DNA of 64,000 bases from an uncultured virus (IMG/VR IMGVR_UViG_3300032893_000022) (Duplodnaviria > Heunggongvirae > Uroviricota > Caudoviricetes). Below are positions 60,763-64,000 of the stretch, piece by piece. A program made the position numbers and the translations under genes. Position 1 is the stretch's first letter. Every line of letters starts with the position of its first letter. Below the pieces are notes generated by a model. The model was given only the letters and a program-made list of their open reading frames with translations. It was not told the origin of the DNA and did not search any database. The stretch lies in the IMG/VR virus record IMGVR_UViG_3300032893_000022. One strand, written 5' to 3'.

Positions 60763-61154
60763 TTAACTATTTTAGATACTCCATAAACTGCCGCGCTAGT
60801 AGCTGCTACACCAAGAAAAAAATATCCAATTCTTTCCCAATTGGACGTAGTTCGTTCATCTCTAAGAGAAGATGCCAATGAATTCATTCTTTCCATCGCA
60901 TAAGTTAATTGTTTGTCTTTTTGTTCTGAGTTTTGTAAGAGCCATGTATTTGTTTTTGTAAGCTCGTCATTAAGCTCTTTATTAGCTTCTCCGTCGAGGA
61001 GTTTAATTCGCATTTCTTTAGTTTTGGATTCGGTAAATTCAAATCCACTGAAGGGGGCTTTATCATCTTTATTAAGGTAGACAACATCATCCGCATAACA
61101 AATATTACTTATTAGACTTATTGAAAAAATCCAAAAGGTCATCCTTCGAAACAT
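60759..61154 (-). CDS. Exported coiled-coil protein with C-terminal hydrophobic helix (spanin-like candidate)
   Basis: Signal-like N-terminus ending CYA; overlaps the upstream TM coiled-coil gene. Confidence 0.5.
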   Translation of the reverse strand: MFRRMTFWIFSISLISNICYADDVVYLNKDDKAPFSGFEFTESKTKEMRIKLLDGEANKELNDELTKTNTWLLQNSEQKDKQLTYAMERMNSLASSLRDERTTSNWERIGYFFLGVAATSAAVYGVSKIVK

Positions 61155-61380
61155 CTTTATTCTTCTCCTCATCTAGTTTCTTTTGAATTTCATCTTGTTT
61201 CTGCTTTGAAGCTTCAATTAAAGCCTCATTTTTAATAATATCTTTTTGAGCTTCATCAATTTTTTCTTTTGTCTCGATGTTGTCATTTAGGGCTTCTGCA
61301 CTCTTTCTTTTACGAAATTCGTACCAAAGCCCTCCACCTAATAATAAAACTAATGTAATTAAAATACTAGTTAAATTCAT
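61105..61380 (-). CDS. N-terminal TM + coiled coil (inner-spanin-like)
   Basis: ILITLVLLLGGGLW then heptads. Confidence 0.55.
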   Translation of the reverse strand: MNLTSILITLVLLLGGGLWYEFRKRKSAEALNDNIETKEKIDEAQKDIIKNEALIEASKQKQDEIQKKLDEEKNKDVSKDDLLDFFNKSNK

Positions 61381-62282
61381 TATTTTCTCCAGATCATATC
61401 TTTAGAAACCAAAGAACAAACTTCTTTAAGTTTCTTCAAATTTTCTGGCGTCAAATCATTATTATAATTAAGTTTTTTACATTTTTCAATAAGATCTCTT
61501 GTAGTTACTGCTGTTTCAGTTTCAGATTTGGATTCAATTTTAAGACGTTGATCAACAAAATCTTCAGTTAATGTTTGTGCTTCTGAAGTTAAAAAATTCA
61601 CAACTTGTTCATAAGGAACTGTCCATGAATATCCAAAATCACCTTGACCAGCAAATACAACCCCAATAAGTTCTTTATTTACATTATAGACTCCAGATCC
61701 TGAACTTCCAGGCATTATTGTCGCAGACGTTAAAACTGATTCATAATATTTAATAATAGGAGTTCCACCTAAAAATACGCACATTAAAGGATTATTTTGA
61801 ATATCTTCTTCAGTACAAGGTTTAACGCCAATAAATACTGGAATAACAGCTCTTCCAGATAAATGTCCTTTGGATATTACATTGGGCATTAAAGCAGGAA
61901 ATCCACTAACTAATACATCATCATATACTTTTGGAGCAGTTGAAGAAAGAACTGTATTAACTTTTAAATCATCTAGGACACTTACAACACAAAGATCTGA
62001 TTGTTTAGATTCAACAATGGAATGAACTTGATAATTTCCTTTTTGAGCAAGGACAGAACCACCATCTTTAACAACCTTACAAACATGATCATTTGTAAGA
62101 ATCCAACTTTTATGTGTTGAAGAATTATAAACGAGACCAGTTCCTCCATGGTTCATTGCTCGATTAGTAATCATAACGGCATTTGATCCGATATCATTAG
62201 TATTTTTCTTTGTATGAAAAAATGTATATCCTAATACTAAAACTCCGGCTAAGATTAGCCCTTTCCCTAGCTTATTTCTCAT
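61380..62282 (-). CDS. Membrane-anchored trypsin-like serine protease
   Basis: TNDHVC (His), SDLC (Asp), PGSSGSG (Ser); N-terminal TM. Confidence 0.88.
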   Translation of the reverse strand: MRNKLGKGLILAGVLVLGYTFFHTKKNTNDIGSNAVMITNRAMNHGGTGLVYNSSTHKSWILTNDHVCKVVKDGGSVLAQKGNYQVHSIVESKQSDLCVVSVLDDLKVNTVLSSTAPKVYDDVLVSGFPALMPNVISKGHLSGRAVIPVFIGVKPCTEEDIQNNPLMCVFLGGTPIIKYYESVLTSATIMPGSSGSGVYNVNKELIGVVFAGQGDFGYSWTVPYEQVVNFLTSEAQTLTEDFVDQRLKIESKSETETAVTTRDLIEKCKKLNYNNDLTPENLKKLKEVCSLVSKDMIWRK

Positions 62283-62571
62283 TATCTTCTTTTCCTTCCA
62301 ATTCTATAGATTGATCATCAAGGTCAATTTTAACTTTGTCTAATTTTCGTAAACGATAACTTATAAATCCTAATAATACAAATATATAACTCATTCCAGT
62401 GGCTGTATAAGTTACTTTATTAAAATGTAATAAAATCAATGATATAACAGCTAAAAATCCAGATAACCAATAAAATAATAAAGTTACTGAAGGACTTTTT
62501 GTTTCTGGATCATAACAGAAAGGTAATTTTATTCCTTCTTCGGCCCATTTTTTAATTACTTCTTTTAACAT
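62272..62571 (-). CDS. Two-TM protein, holin candidate
   Basis: Two TM helices and a charged C-terminal tail. Confidence 0.55.
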   Translation of the reverse strand: MLKEVIKKWAEEGIKLPFCYDPETKSPSVTLLFYWLSGFLAVISLILLHFNKVTYTATGMSYIFVLLGFISYRLRKLDKVKIDLDDQSIELEGKEDNEK

Positions 62572-62580
62572 ATATATTAT

Positions 62581-62610
62581 ATTATACTATTAAATAATAA
62601 TAATTGTCAA
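62581..62610 (-). promoter_or_regulatory. Sigma70 consensus promoter
   Basis: TTGACA-N18-TATAAT, 9 nt before ATG 62571. Confidence 0.65.
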
Positions 62611-63092
62611 GTATTTTTTAAATATTCTGCAGCTTTCATACAAATCTTAAAATCGTCTTGTAAAAGACCTATACCCCTATTACAATTATAACAAAGCAAT
62701 CCTCTAATTTTTCCAGTTTTATGACAATGATCTACAGATAAAGCTTGTTTAAATTCGTTATTATTTTTTAAACAGATTTTACAACAATAATTTTGTTCTT
62801 CTAAAAATTTATTATATATTTCTAAAGTTATATTAAAATTTCTTTTTAACCATCTATTTTTAGATTTATTCGGATGTTTTTTTTCATATTCACGAAAATA
62901 GTTTGGATTTTCTTTTCTAAATTGTTTATTTCTTATTTTAGTTAATTCTTTAGAATGTGAATTTTGTCTATATTTTCTTTCATAAATGTTATTACAATTT
63001 TTACATCTATAATTTAATCCATCATTATGTCTTTTATTTTTTGTAAAATCTTTTAATTCTTTAATTTGTTTACATTTAGTACATTGTTTCAT
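62607..63092 (-). CDS. Endonuclease VII-family nuclease
   Basis: CKIC...SVDHCH...RGLLCYNCN. Confidence 0.9.
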   Translation of the reverse strand: MKQCTKCKQIKELKDFTKNKRHNDGLNYRCKNCNNIYERKYRQNSHSKELTKIRNKQFRKENPNYFREYEKKHPNKSKNRWLKRNFNITLEIYNKFLEEQNYCCKICLKNNNEFKQALSVDHCHKTGKIRGLLCYNCNRGIGLLQDDFKICMKAAEYLKNT

Positions 63093-63538
63093 ATATTTTT
63101 TTTATTCTTTTTTTCTTGTTTTTTTAATAATCTTTCTATTTCTTTTTTATCAGCACTATGAGTTGCACGCATTTTGTCTTCCACATCGCTCTTAACCGTA
63201 TGGCACGCATGGCATAAGATCTGTACGTTTTCTACATCGCAAAATAATCTTTCTATAATAATTGTCCAATCAGGGCCTCCAGTTATTGGATGTATTGGAA
63301 ATCCACTATAGGGAACAATAGGTTCAATATGATCTTTAGCATATTCTTTAGCTTTAAACAATCCACCACACATTGCACATTCATATAATCCACGATCTTT
63401 TCTAGCTCTTTTTTCTGCCTCATTTAATGCGGGCCAACGGTATGAGGCACGACGTAAAGTGCTCATTATCCAAGTCTTTTTATTAATCTTCTTTCCGTTG
63501 GCTAAGAAGATATATTCTTTATCTTTTTTATCATCCAT
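63089..63538 (-). CDS. HNH endonuclease
   Basis: YECAMC, DHIEP, NVQILCHACH..K. Confidence 0.85.
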   Translation of the reverse strand: MDDKKDKEYIFLANGKKINKKTWIMSTLRRASYRWPALNEAEKRARKDRGLYECAMCGGLFKAKEYAKDHIEPIVPYSGFPIHPITGGPDWTIIIERLFCDVENVQILCHACHTVKSDVEDKMRATHSADKKEIERLLKKQEKKNKKNI

Positions 63539-63812
63539 GATTCTTAATAATTAATTCTCTATGTCCACATAAAGTACAAATTTTAAATTTTCTTATTCCT
63601 AGATCAGTTATACTGATAGTTCCTTTTCCACAGGATTCACATTTAGGTTCTTCTTTTCGAGATTTCTTCTCTTTTATAGGAGATTTTAACATTAAATCTC
63701 TTTCAAGCTGTCGTATTCTTTGATCTTTTCTTCGTATTTCTTTTTTGAGTTCTCGAAGCTTTCCTAGAAGATATTCGTCGGGTTTGTGATTCTTTTGTTT
63801 GTTTTTGCCCAT
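63531..63812 (-). CDS. Coiled-coil + zinc-ribbon protein
   Basis: CESC...CTLC. Confidence 0.6.
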   Translation of the reverse strand: MGKNKQKNHKPDEYLLGKLRELKKEIRRKDQRIRQLERDLMLKSPIKEKKSRKEEPKCESCGKGTISITDLGIRKFKICTLCGHRELIIKNHG

Positions 63813-63872
63813 CGAACCAGATTTCCATTTCTTTTAAGATTTGAGTTATTGGTGTAAAATATTTAAATTTTT

Positions 63873-64000
63873 TCATGATCCTGTACTTCCAAATCCACCA
63901 GTTCCACGTTCAGAATTAGATAATTTATTAACCTCTTCAAATTCAATTTTAGGATAAGGAATAATTATTAATTGTCCAATTTTATCGCCAATATTATAAG
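63873..64000 (-). CDS. dut: dUTPase, 3' end only
   Basis: GDKIGQLII...[12 protein letters not shown] (motifs 4 and 5). Confidence 0.92.
   Translation of the reverse strand, partial: YNIGDKIGQLIIIPYPKIEFEEVNKLSNSERGTGGFGSTGS

Noticed and set aside
1..64000. CRISPR array, integrase, diversity-generating retroelement, stop-codon recoding
   Set aside because: No repeat-spacer array, recombinase or reverse transcriptase seen; genes are full length and densely packed in the standard code

Overview
AT-rich segment of a large tailed phage genome with podovirus-type morphogenesis genes; the host cannot be identified from sequence alone. 1-17.9 kb is a minus-strand early/accessory arm. It holds three metallophosphoesterases, a deaminase, a VTC-domain protein, tRNA-His, a solo HicA-like gene and several nucleases. 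It also holds a phiEco32-like peptide-ligase cluster (ATP-grasp, class II GATase, amidoligase, COOH-NH2 ligase) interleaved with six small proteins sharing a C-terminal motif. 17.5-18.9 kb is a divergent control region with two type II hammerhead ribozymes, two sigma54-like promoters with IHF-like sites, upstream dyads and a G-rich tract. 19-59.3 kb is the plus-strand arm: small genes, peptide deformylase, terminase, portal, fibres, scaffold, major capsid, adaptor, nozzle and ejection proteins with repeated [YF]xxGG-type motifs. 59.3-64 kb is a minus-strand arm with a putative lysis cassette containing a trypsin-like protease, nucleases and the 3' end of a dUTPase. A motif, TAACAACT, found ten times looks like the phage late promoter. 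All calls come from motif recognition by eye; no database searches were run.
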